From Candidatus Saganbacteria bacterium (GTDB lineage Bacteria; Margulisbacteria; WOR-1; JAKLHX01), in NCBI GenBank assembly GCA_026387835.1, contig JAPLKZ010000007.1, forward strand, positions 124,187 to 156,186: DNA of 32,000 bases, in the 5' to 3' direction. Positions 16,309 to 24,621 of this stretch are shown here, in pieces; the stretch's first letter is position 1; every line of letters begins with the position of its first letter. The notes beneath the pieces are model-generated. The model saw nothing but the letters and a program-made list of their open reading frames with translations. It had not been told where the DNA came from and made no database searches. The position numbers and the translations under genes are program-made.

Positions 16309-17292
16309 ATGAATAAACTCGCATTAGTCTTATCCGGCGGCTTTGTGAAAGGTGCCGCTCATATAAGTATTGCCGAAGAAATGTATAAAAGGGGCTATAA
16401 GCCCGATATCTTCGTTGGCACTTCAATCGGCGCAATATTTTCCGTGCTTCTCGGCCTTTATGACGATCCTAAGACAGTCAAAGAAATATCTCTGAAGTTC
16501 GTTAAAAAGCATATATGGCCGCAGCTTTTATCCTTTGACCTGTTTTCTAAGGCAGGGCTGATCGATTCCAAAGAAACCGTAAAGCTGATCGCAAAAGAGG
16601 CCGGGTTAACTGGCAAGACGTTTAATGACCTCAAAAAACCGGTTTATATCACGGCAACGGACCTCAATTCCGGAAAGCAGATAGTGTTCAGTCCCTCGAC
16701 TCCTCGCTATTGCTCGTCGCTCGGGACAAGCAAAGAAAGCAATATGCTGATATCAGAAGCGCTTGAAGCGTCAATATCATTTCCTGTTATATTCAAACCA
16801 AAGAAAGTAAAGGTTGGCAATAAAGTTATGGCGCTTGCCGACGGCGGGATCAGGGAAAACTGTCCAATATCGGTCGCGGCGAGGATAGCGGGGGTTAAAA
16901 GGATAATCGCCTGTGATCTTGGTTATTGTGGGCAGGTAAAGGGCGATTTTAACAAAAAGAACATTATGGACGTTTTTATGCAATGCCTGGACCTGACGAC
17001 TTCTTTTTCGCAGATTAATAGATATATCAATGACGATATCTTCTTGAAGAAAAAAATAGCAGTCAGGATCATCAATCCAGGGATATTTGATGTTCATCCT
17101 TTTGATTTTAAGGAGATCCCTGCGATAATGGACAGAGCCGCGAAAACGGCGGGGTTTATATTCTCAAGATTTAAGAGGCCCGATGATTTCTTTAGATACT
17201 GGCAGAGGGATCCATTCGATAGGGAATACATGACGATGGAGCATATAGGGAAAAAGGCGGTAAACGCTTTTCAAATAGTAGATTTCTCTTAA
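16309..17292 (+). CDS. Patatin-like phospholipase
   Basis: ALVLSGGFVKGAAHISIAEE, catalytic GTSIG, DGG dyad partner ('ALADGGIRENCPISVAARIAG'). Confidence 0.9.
   Translation: MNKLALVLSGGFVKGAAHISIAEEMYKRGYKPDIFVGTSIGAIFSVLLGLYDDPKTVKEISLKFVKKHIWPQLLSFDLFSKAGLIDSKETVKLIAKEAGLTGKTFNDLKKPVYITATDLNSGKQIVFSPSTPRYCSSLGTSKESNMLISEALEASISFPVIFKPKKVKVGNKVMALADGGIRENCPISVAARIAGVKRIIACDLGYCGQVKGDFNKKNIMDVFMQCLDLTTSFSQINRYINDDIFLKKKIAVRIINPGIFDVHPFDFKEIPAIMDRAAKTAGFIFSRFKRPDDFFRYWQRDPFDREYMTMEHIGKKAVNAFQIVDFS
16691..16731. repeat. Palindromic repeat inserted in frame inside the patatin CDS
   Basis: gTCCCTCGACTcctcgctattgctcgtcGCTCGGGACAAGC; encodes PSTPRYCSSLGTS between conserved patatin segments. Confidence 0.6.
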
Positions 17293-17309
17293 CGCAGTCA
17301 GCACGCCTG
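17293..17309. repeat. Short CGCAGTCAGC repeat remnant after the patatin stop codon
   Basis: cgcagtcagcacgcctg; weaker version of the arrays at 15211, 16253 and 20709. Confidence 0.35.
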
Positions 17310-17326
17310 CCAACGCCTGAACGCTG

Positions 17327-17905
17327 TTAAATGAACCCGAACCTGCCTTTTGGCTTTTCTTTTTCATGCAGCATCTCTCTCAACGCGTCAAAAACGATCT
17401 TGAATTGGCCGTCGTATTTCTTTTCCATTTCTTCTATCTTGTTCCTAAGTTCTTTATATCCAGATAACATTGTCCTTAATTTTGTAAATGTCCTCATGAC
17501 CTGGATATTTACTAATACAGCCCTTTTGCTGTTAAGGACACTTGACAGCATGGCTATGCCTTGTTCGGTAAAAGCGTACATCAAGTATTTTGAGTGTTTG
17601 CCTCTTTCTAAGGCGCCAAAATGGCACCTTAGAGCTTTTTGTTCGTCAATTGAAAGCCTGATCATGAAATCATCCGGAAAACGGAAGATATTTCTTTTAA
17701 CGGCTCTTTTTAAGTATTTTGTTTCAACACCATAAAGGTCCGCAAGGTCCTTATCGAGCATCACTTTTTGCCCCCTTATCAACAGGATCATGTTCTCAAT
17801 GATCTCCGCAGGAACCAAAGACTTACTGCCGGATTTTTCGACACTTCGACTCGCCGGCGCTCGCTCAGTGCAAGCACCCCTGATGGATTTGTCATCCTTT
17901 TTCAT
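17327..17905 (-). CDS. ORF6N (KilA-N-like) domain protein
   Basis: IPENM-type start PAEIIENMILLIRGQKVMLDKDLADLYGVETKYLKRAVKRNIFRFPDDFMIRL, AFTEQGIAMLSSVL. Confidence 0.9.
   Translation of the reverse strand: MKKDDKSIRGACTERAPASRSVEKSGSKSLVPAEIIENMILLIRGQKVMLDKDLADLYGVETKYLKRAVKRNIFRFPDDFMIRLSIDEQKALRCHFGALERGKHSKYLMYAFTEQGIAMLSSVLNSKRAVLVNIQVMRTFTKLRTMLSGYKELRNKIEEMEKKYDGQFKIVFDALREMLHEKEKPKGRFGFI
17836..17876. repeat. Palindromic repeat variant embedded in the 5' end of the ORF6N CDS
   Basis: cttcgactcgccggcgctcgctcagtgcaagc; translated as GACTERAPASRSVEKSG. Confidence 0.6.
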
Positions 17906-18030
17906 GATAAAGTCTCCTTTGGAGGGTCATTGGGAACCTCCCCCAAGGATGCTTACAGCAATTTATCCGCCACAACGGAAACGCAATCAGCCTGCCGACC
18001 TGTCCGCCGAAGCTGAAGCGAAGGTGGAAG

Positions 18031-18079
18031 TCCCGATCTAATCGGGACGAACGCGCTTGCCCTGAGCGTAGCCGAAGGG
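18031..18079. repeat. Intergenic palindromes: TCCCGAT-cta-ATCGGGA plus a REP-like element
   Basis: 18031-18047 hairpin; 18053-18079 cgcttgccctgagcgtagccgaaggg. Confidence 0.6.
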
Positions 18080-18134
18080 TTTCAGGTGGTGGATTTTGGG
18101 TAAATTGAGAATACTTCTTTTGCGAGTGCTATAA

Positions 18135-19751
18135 TTGGAGTCAAATACGACAAAAACCACGGAAGAACAGTTCAAATTATTATTAAAAGAGCCGGAAGGG
18201 GCGCATTTGGAATGTAAACCTTCGAGCATTAGTTCCCAGTCACTTTCTGATTATTGTGCCGCAATTGCTAATGAGGGAGGCGGCAAGCTGATATTAGGTG
18301 TTACCGATAAAGAAAGAGAGATAATAGGAACGAAATCATTTGCAGGAACATTACATGAATTACCAATTAAGCTTCTACAAGCTCTTTCTATAAGAGTAGA
18401 TGCCGAAGAGCTCAAAATAGACACAAAAAGAGTTGTTATATTTCATATTCCAAGTCATCCGGTCGGTATTTTAATAAAATCAAATGGCAGATATCTAATG
18501 CGGGCCGGCAGTTCGCTGGTTGAAATGACATCAGATAAGATAAGAGAAATCGTGATGGAAACCATAAAAGACTTTTCCGCTCAGATTGTGCCGGGATTAG
18601 CTCTTTCTGATATAGATGAAGAATCCGTCAATAGATTTAGAGCGCTTTGGGCGAAAAAACAAGGCAAACTGGAATATTTGAGCCATGACACGGAGAAAAT
18701 ATTGAGATCAATAGAGATTTTCACAGATAAAGAAATTAATTATGCCGGGTTGATTCTGTTCGGGAAAAAAGAAAAAATAGCTGAATTGTTGCCGGGTGCG
18801 GAAATAATATACGAATGGCGTCAGGAGAAGAAAATCAGCCATGATTTTCGTTCAAGTTGGAGAGATCCGTTCTTTAAGATATACGATGATATTTGGGCTA
18901 TCATCAACGCGAGGAATTCAAGGACACCATTCCAGGAAGGATTTGTCCAAAGAGAGATATCCGCGTTCACGGAAGCTCCAATACGTGAAGCAGTATTAAA
19001 TGCCGTAGCTCACAGGGATTATAAGACAGAAACCGCGTCAATTATTATCAAAGCTTCACCTGACGAGTTCACGATAGAAAGTCCCGGAGGTTTTTTGCCG
19101 GGGATAACCCCGGAAAATATCATCGAAAAATCTGAATGGAGGAACAGGCGTATTGCCGAGATACTGGAAAAAGCGGGTTTGATTGAAAGATCAGGGCAGG
19201 GAATGGAGGTTATATTTGGAACTACCATACGAGAGGGGAAAGGGCTGCCCAGCTTTAAAGGGAGCGATCAATATTCCGTAAAACTTAGTATCCCTGCTAA
19301 AGTTAAAGATGAACAGTTTATCAAGTTTCTTGAAAAAGTTGCGAACGAGAAACAAATATCATTAACTTTCGAAGAAATATATGAATTGGAAAATATTAGG
19401 GAAAACAAAAAAGTAAAATCCCTAAAGTTCAAGGATAAATTTCTTGAAATGGGGATAATCGAGAAAATTGGAAGAACAAGCTCAACCCAATATATCCTTT
19501 CTCATAAATGGTATGAGTACCAGGGCAAAGCAGGCATTTACACGCGCATTGCCGGTCTTTCTCGTGATAGAAATAAGCAGTTGATAGTTGAACATTTGAA
19601 AAAGAATAAAAAGGGTGCCAGGAATACTGATTTCAGAGACGCGCTTGGATTTGATCAGAAAACGATCAATAATTTTCTTCAAGAGCTGAAAGATGATGGA
19701 AAAGTCCGTTTTGAGGGCAAGAAAAGAACAGGGAAATGGCTAATTAAATAG
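18135..19751 (+). CDS. AlbA_2 (Schlafen-like) putative DNA-binding / ATP-binding regulator
   Basis: EGAHLECKPS...LSDYCAAIANEGGGKLILGVTD; FTEAPIREAVLNAVAHRDY, ESPGGFLPGITPENI, RNRRIAEILEKAGLIERSGQGMEVI. TTG start, so the 5' end is uncertain. Confidence 0.85.
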   Translation: MESNTTKTTEEQFKLLLKEPEGAHLECKPSSISSQSLSDYCAAIANEGGGKLILGVTDKEREIIGTKSFAGTLHELPIKLLQALSIRVDAEELKIDTKRVVIFHIPSHPVGILIKSNGRYLMRAGSSLVEMTSDKIREIVMETIKDFSAQIVPGLALSDIDEESVNRFRALWAKKQGKLEYLSHDTEKILRSIEIFTDKEINYAGLILFGKKEKIAELLPGAEIIYEWRQEKKISHDFRSSWRDPFFKIYDDIWAIINARNSRTPFQEGFVQREISAFTEAPIREAVLNAVAHRDYKTETASIIIKASPDEFTIESPGGFLPGITPENIIEKSEWRNRRIAEILEKAGLIERSGQGMEVIFGTTIREGKGLPSFKGSDQYSVKLSIPAKVKDEQFIKFLEKVANEKQISLTFEEIYELENIRENKKVKSLKFKDKFLEMGIIEKIGRTSSTQYILSHKWYEYQGKAGIYTRIAGLSRDRNKQLIVEHLKKNKKGARNTDFRDALGFDQKTINNFLQELKDDGKVRFEGKKRTGKWLIK

Positions 19752-19997
19752 CCGATGAATTAGTTAATACTAGTTAATGTTGAAGAACAGGGTCAAATAA
19801 ATGCCTCGCAATTGAGTCAAAAAATGGATGGAGAACTAGTTAATAAATGTTAAACGTTAGAACAAAAAAATGAATTCAAGGCATTCTCAATAAATAAGAG
19901 AGAATCCATTTAATAATTAACTGTTTCGGAAGTAATTAAATCAAATGAAGCCCGCATTATTCACAAAAGCTTTATGATGTGAATAAAAGGAGGAAAT

Positions 19998-20372
19998 ATG
20001 AATGAAATGTATGAATTTGATGTATTTTGTGAAGAAGATGGAACACGTAAGACAATTAAGGCTAAGGGGAACGACAGCCTTTATAAGTTTGCTGAAAAGA
20101 TCGTCAAGGAATTTGACTTTGAACTGGACCACTGCTTCGGATTTTACAGCGATTTCGAGAAATTGAGCAATTCATCCAAGGCCTATGAGCTTTTCGTTGA
20201 CGCGGAAGCGGAAACATCTTGCACGGGTTCCAAAAGCGTAAAAAAGACAAAGATCAGTCAGGCGTTTCAGCAAGTCGGAGAAATGATGTTGTTCCTGTTT
20301 GATTACGGGGATAATAACAGGTTTGCGGTAAAACTGATGCGGATTCCGACGAAGTGGGTGAAGACGGGATGA
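19998..20372 (+). CDS. Plasmid pRiA4b ORF-3-like domain protein, possibly shortened
   Basis: KKTKISQAFQQVGEMMLFLFDYGDNNRFAVKLMRI. Confidence 0.75.
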   Translation: MNEMYEFDVFCEEDGTRKTIKAKGNDSLYKFAEKIVKEFDFELDHCFGFYSDFEKLSNSSKAYELFVDAEAETSCTGSKSVKKTKISQAFQQVGEMMLFLFDYGDNNRFAVKLMRIPTKWVKTG

Positions 20373-20417
20373 CGGCGTTTGATGTGGTGGATTTTTCATG
20401 AAAGGAAGGGCTGAATA

Positions 20418-20600
20418 ATGGAAACAAAAAGGGATCTGTCAACGGTGAAGAGTGTCACGGTCTGCCTTAAGGAAATAGATGAAGACGGACAGAAAACAGG
20501 AAAGCGTATGTGTATGGAAATGACAGGGGCCCAATATGAAATATTCGAAAAGCATGTAAAAACAGTGCCTTCGAATGAAAAGAAAGAAGTGGTCGAATAG
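20418..20600 (+). CDS. Small hypothetical protein (60 aa)
   Basis: Open frame directly downstream of the previous gene; no recognised domain. Confidence 0.4.
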   Translation: METKRDLSTVKSVTVCLKEIDEDGQKTGKRMCMEMTGAQYEIFEKHVKTVPSNEKKEVVE

Positions 20601-20637
20601 TATCACATCAAATGATCAAAACCTGCACGTCGGCAGC

Positions 20638-20706
20638 GAATACATGACGATGGAGCATATAGGGAAGAAGAGGACTAACGCTTTTCAAATAGTGGATTTC
20701 TCTTAA
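20638..20706 (+). pseudogene. C-terminal remnant of a patatin-like gene (EYMTMEHIGKKRTNAFQIVDFS*)
   Basis: Near-identical to the end of 16309..17292 (EYMTMEHIGKKAVNAFQIVDFS*). Confidence 0.8.
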
Positions 20707-20708
20707 GG

Positions 20709-20758
20709 CAGCACGCAGTTAGCAGTACGTACTGCGAGCTGCGAACGACGAACTGCGG
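20709..20758. repeat. CGCAGTN array (copy 4) with forward then inverted units
   Basis: CGCAGTT AGCAGTA CG TACTGCG AGCTGCG AACGACG AACTGCG. Confidence 0.6.
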
Positions 20759-20873
20759 TCTTTGATGGCGGGCTGATTGCTGTAATATGGAGATAGAACG
20801 CTTCGGTCAGCTCTTACGAGGCGGATCGCTGTGAGAGGTGTTGAAAAATCCTACAGTTGAGGAGGAAATAATA

Positions 20874-21713
20874 ATGAAAGAAGATAAAATCGCGGTATTT
20901 GAAGGAAAGGGAATTCGCAGGATCTGGGATAGTAAAGCGGAAAAATGGTATTTTTCTGTTGTGGACATCGTCGCGGTTTTAACTGACAGCCAAAATCCGG
21001 CCGTATATTGGAGAGTTCTAAAAAAGCGTTTACTGGATGAAGGCGCAAATGAAACCGTTACAAAATGTAACGGTTTGAAAATGCCTGCCGCTGACGGGAA
21101 AATGAGAATAACGGATATGGCTGACACCGAAACGATGCTTCGGCTTATTCAGTCTGTTCCCAGCCCCAAGGCGGAACCGATAAAGCTGTGGCTGGCAAAA
21201 GTGGGGTATGAACGGTTGCAGGATATGAGCGATCCCGCGCGCTCACTTGACCGCGCCCGCGAATACTGGCAGCAACTCGGTAGAAGTGAAAAGTGGATCC
21301 AACAGCGGATGATGGGGCAGGAAACCAGGAATAAACTCACTGACTACTGGAAAGACCATGAAATAACCAAAGAAGAGGAATATGCTGTTCTCACAAACAT
21401 CATTCACCGGGAATGGAGCGGTGTTTCAGTGAAAAAACATAAGGGTATCAAAGGTCTTAAAACGCAGAATCTCCGTGATCATATGAGCGAAGCAGAACTG
21501 ATTTTTACCGCACTTGCTGAACTCTCCACGAGACAGATTGCCGAAAGCGTCAATGCCACAGGAATGCCCGAGAACGCGAAAGCAGGGGAAAAAGGCGGAA
21601 AAATTGCAAGAAAAGCCCGGTTGGAATTGGAATCAAAAACGGGCAAAAGCGTCATCACATCCGAGAACTATCTTCCGCCGGCGAAGAAACAAAGGCAAAT
21701 AAAACAAAAATAG
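20874..21713 (+). CDS. BRO-N family / DinD-like protein
   Basis: ATG after gaggaggaaata; KIAVFEGKGIRRIWDSKAEKWYFSVVDIVAVLTDSQNPAVYWRVLKKRL...; C-terminal GEKGGKIARKARLELESKTGKSVIT. Confidence 0.85.
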   Translation: MKEDKIAVFEGKGIRRIWDSKAEKWYFSVVDIVAVLTDSQNPAVYWRVLKKRLLDEGANETVTKCNGLKMPAADGKMRITDMADTETMLRLIQSVPSPKAEPIKLWLAKVGYERLQDMSDPARSLDRAREYWQQLGRSEKWIQQRMMGQETRNKLTDYWKDHEITKEEEYAVLTNIIHREWSGVSVKKHKGIKGLKTQNLRDHMSEAELIFTALAELSTRQIAESVNATGMPENAKAGEKGGKIARKARLELESKTGKSVITSENYLPPAKKQRQIKQK

Positions 21714-21779
21714 GAAGCTAGGTGTACGAGAAAATCGTACAACTGCTTGCGTCTCACCACTCGCGTAGCAATGCGGGCA

Positions 21780-21825
21780 GGCTTCGTCAAAGCTTGTCCC
21801 GAGCGAAGCCGAGGGGGCGCCGCGC
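21780..21825. repeat. REP/RPE-like palindromic element (copy near MFS gene)
   Basis: ggcttcgtcaaagcttgtcccgagcgaagccgagggggcgccgcgc. Confidence 0.65.
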
Positions 21826-21852
21826 ATATAATTATAGTAAAATGGGTTAAGT

Positions 21853-23007
21853 ATGAAAACAAAGATCCCGAAAAACGTTGTCTGGCTCGGTCTTGTCAGT
21901 TTCTTTAACGATGTCGCCTCGGAGATGATCTATCCTCTTGTCCCTATATTCCTCACAAGCGTCCTGGGCGCGCCGGTGGCAATAGTCGGTCTGATAGAGG
22001 GGATAGCCGAATCAACCGCGAGCTTATTAAAAGTCGTCTCAGGATGGCTTTCCGACAAATTCCGTTCAAGAAAACCCTTTACAGTTGCAGGATATTTATT
22101 CTCGGCATTTTCAAAAATACTTTTAAGCTTTGCTTTCAGCTGGCCTCTGGTCCTGTTTGCCAGATTTGTCGACCGTTTCGGAAAAGGGGTGCGGACTTCA
22201 GCGCGGGATGCTTTGATCGCCGAAAGCTCGGATGCCACGGTCAGAGGAAGATCGTTCGGTTTTCACCGCGGCCTGGATACTCTGGGAGCGGTGATAGGCC
22301 CGCTCCTCGCTCTGATCGCAATCCGATTTTTGAATGATAATCTGCGTCTCATATTCTTTCTTGCATTCATCCCGGCTTTTATCGGGATCCTCCTGCTTGT
22401 CATCTTTGTAAAAGAAAAAAGAAAAGAAACCGGTCCTTTCGAAGCGTTCCATTTTAAATGGCAGGATCTCGACCCTTCTTTTAAAATATATTTGCTGATC
22501 AGTTTTATTTTTGCTTTAGGCAACAGTTCGGATGCCTTTCTGATCTTGCGGGCGCAAAATTTAGGCCTGTCACTCACTTTGATAGTGCTTACATACGTAC
22601 TTTTCAATTTCACATATGCAATGTTTTCAATGCCGGCAGGAATAGTGTCTGATAAGATTGGACCAAGAAAAGTTCTTCTAAGCGGTTTTTTGCTTTTTGC
22701 CTTTGTTTATCTTTTATTTGGCGCAATACATTCAAGTGTATTTCTTTGGGTTCTTTTCCCTCTTTACGGGATATACATGGCACTTACCGAAGGGGTAGGG
22801 AAAGCCTACATTTCAAATCTGGTCCCGAACGAGAAGACGGGCACGGCCTTTGGCATCTATCAGACAACGGTCGGCCTCTGCACGTTCTTTGCTTCTCTTA
22901 TTGCCGGACTTCTCTGGACATATGTCGGTGTCAGTGTGCCTTTCATCTTTGGTAGTGTAGCGGCGGCAATATCTGCGATCCTGTTTGTTATTCTGGAGAA
23001 GAAATAA
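21853..23007 (+). CDS. MFS transporter
   Basis: 12-TM-like protein: NDVASEMIYPLVPIFL, GWLSDKFRSRKPFTVAGYL, RFVDRFGKGVRTSARDALI. Confidence 0.88.
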   Translation: MKTKIPKNVVWLGLVSFFNDVASEMIYPLVPIFLTSVLGAPVAIVGLIEGIAESTASLLKVVSGWLSDKFRSRKPFTVAGYLFSAFSKILLSFAFSWPLVLFARFVDRFGKGVRTSARDALIAESSDATVRGRSFGFHRGLDTLGAVIGPLLALIAIRFLNDNLRLIFFLAFIPAFIGILLLVIFVKEKRKETGPFEAFHFKWQDLDPSFKIYLLISFIFALGNSSDAFLILRAQNLGLSLTLIVLTYVLFNFTYAMFSMPAGIVSDKIGPRKVLLSGFLLFAFVYLLFGAIHSSVFLWVLFPLYGIYMALTEGVGKAYISNLVPNEKTGTAFGIYQTTVGLCTFFASLIAGLLWTYVGVSVPFIFGSVAAAISAILFVILEKK

Positions 23008-23038
23008 AAAGACCCCGGCTAAATACCGGGATCTTTAA
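23008..23038. terminator. Bidirectional rho-independent-type terminator between convergent genes
   Basis: AAAAGACCCCGGCTAAATACCGGGATCTTTA between the MFS and PFK genes. Confidence 0.7.
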
Positions 23039-23060
23039 AACTATCTATCCAGCATTTCTA

Positions 23061-24506
23061 TTATGGTAGTTGTTTCGGACCGCAATCCCTGTGCGCTTTG
23101 AACATCTGCATGTCCGCGGCCTGAGTGTACATAGTACTGCCCAGGTCCAAAAGTCTTTTGAGTAAATGGTCGGCTCCGTCTACCAAAAGGTCTTCGTATC
23201 TTACATATCCCAGGTTCCCGAATCCTTTTGATATCACCATGACGCCGGACATGCCCGCGTCAAGAAGTTCTATCGCTTTACCACCCTCCTCAAGCCCAAG
23301 ACCTATATCAAAACTGTTAGGGCGTCTGCATCTGAATTCATATCCCAGTTGTTTCGGGACTACCTTTAGGTCGATACCAAGGTCCTTTGCCGCTTTTTTA
23401 ACAAGCGGGGTAAGGGCTTGCGCAATACCCACATCAGCAAGCCTCGGATTACTATGATTATCGATCCCGATTATGACCTGAGCGCCTAATCCCAGGACTT
23501 CAAATTTAATTGGTTTCCCCTTTGCGTCTGTTTTGCAGACTTTTGTCGGCAGCCTGTCAGCAATTCCTTCCGCGACAGCGAACAGTCCGTATTTCGGCCC
23601 GTTCCTGTTAGTCCCTGCGCGGTCACTTATCGTCTGGGCGATCTCTCTTGCAAGCAATGTCGCGTTGAGCTTAAGGCTTCCGTCCGTTATACCGTTTCCT
23701 TCTACGGCCCTGATAAAATCCACGGTGCTCAGTATCTGCCCGTTGACCTCAAGCATCCTTGCTGTCCTGGCGAGGATCTGGTCCTTGGAGGCAAAGCTTG
23801 CCTTTAGTATCTGCCTTATCCCGTTAAGAGAGAACTCTTCCGGTATGAATATCCCTGTCGCGCCTGCGGCTTTTGCAGACCGCAGGGCCAAAGCTCCCGA
23901 ACTTCTTCCCATAAGTTCCGCAATGAATATTGAAGCGATATCCTGCGCGGCGGCATCATCCTTCAAGGCCATCATAGCTTCTGCCATGCCGTCCACGACC
24001 GTAAAATGCCCGTGCGTGATCCCGGTCATCGGCACGTCATCGTCGATCGTTTTCGGCACGCCTACAACAGGAAATCCAAGGCTTGCGAGCCTTCTGTTAG
24101 TAGTGTTTGTGTCGTCCCCGCCGATCCCGAGAAGACCGTCAAAACCCCAGCCTTTCAAATTCTTCACGATCTCGGCTCTGTCCGCTTCCTTAGGGTTAAA
24201 TCTTGACGTCCCGCAACATATCGCTCCGATCGCCTCAAGTCGTGATATAAGCTGTCTGGTAAGGACTACAGCGTTCCCCGCCTTAAGTCCCGCGAATCCG
24301 TCCTCAAAAGCTACGATCCCGTCCCCGCGGATGATCGCCGCAATGGCAGCTCCCTTGACAGCGGCGCTGCTACCCGGAGCAGGTCCGCCGCCATGGACAA
24401 CCGCCCATATCTTTCTGCAGCCCTGCAATGCAGACAAAGAACGAATATTCGGCCGCGCAGTAAAAAGATTTACTTTATGGGGAAGCCAGCTCGCTTGAAG
24501 TCCCAT
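23061..24506 (-). CDS. 6-phosphofructokinase, probably pyrophosphate-dependent type
   Basis: VHGGGPAPG, LLGIGGDDTNTTNRRLASLG, VGVPKTIDDDVPMTG, GHLQRGG-like region replaced by GYEFRCRRPNSFDIGLG. Confidence 0.88.
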   Translation of the reverse strand: MGLQASWLPHKVNLFTARPNIRSLSALQGCRKIWAVVHGGGPAPGSSAAVKGAAIAAIIRGDGIVAFEDGFAGLKAGNAVVLTRQLISRLEAIGAICCGTSRFNPKEADRAEIVKNLKGWGFDGLLGIGGDDTNTTNRRLASLGFPVVGVPKTIDDDVPMTGITHGHFTVVDGMAEAMMALKDDAAAQDIASIFIAELMGRSSGALALRSAKAAGATGIFIPEEFSLNGIRQILKASFASKDQILARTARMLEVNGQILSTVDFIRAVEGNGITDGSLKLNATLLAREIAQTISDRAGTNRNGPKYGLFAVAEGIADRLPTKVCKTDAKGKPIKFEVLGLGAQVIIGIDNHSNPRLADVGIAQALTPLVKKAAKDLGIDLKVVPKQLGYEFRCRRPNSFDIGLGLEEGGKAIELLDAGMSGVMVISKGFGNLGYVRYEDLLVDGADHLLKRLLDLGSTMYTQAADMQMFKAHRDCGPKQLP

Positions 24507-24621
24507 TTTATTTTCCTCCTCTGACAGATAACTTCGTCTATAAATACATCGAACGGTTTTTTTGGAAATTTCACTTAATTTCTAAATATCCGTTATTATT
24601 GGCCGGCTCGGCCCGGAAGAT

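Noticed and set aside
23125-24498. Plus-strand ORFs (110 aa and 321 aa) opposite the phosphofructokinase gene
   Set aside because: Shadow ORFs; the minus strand encodes an uninterrupted 481-aa PFK with diagnostic motifs.
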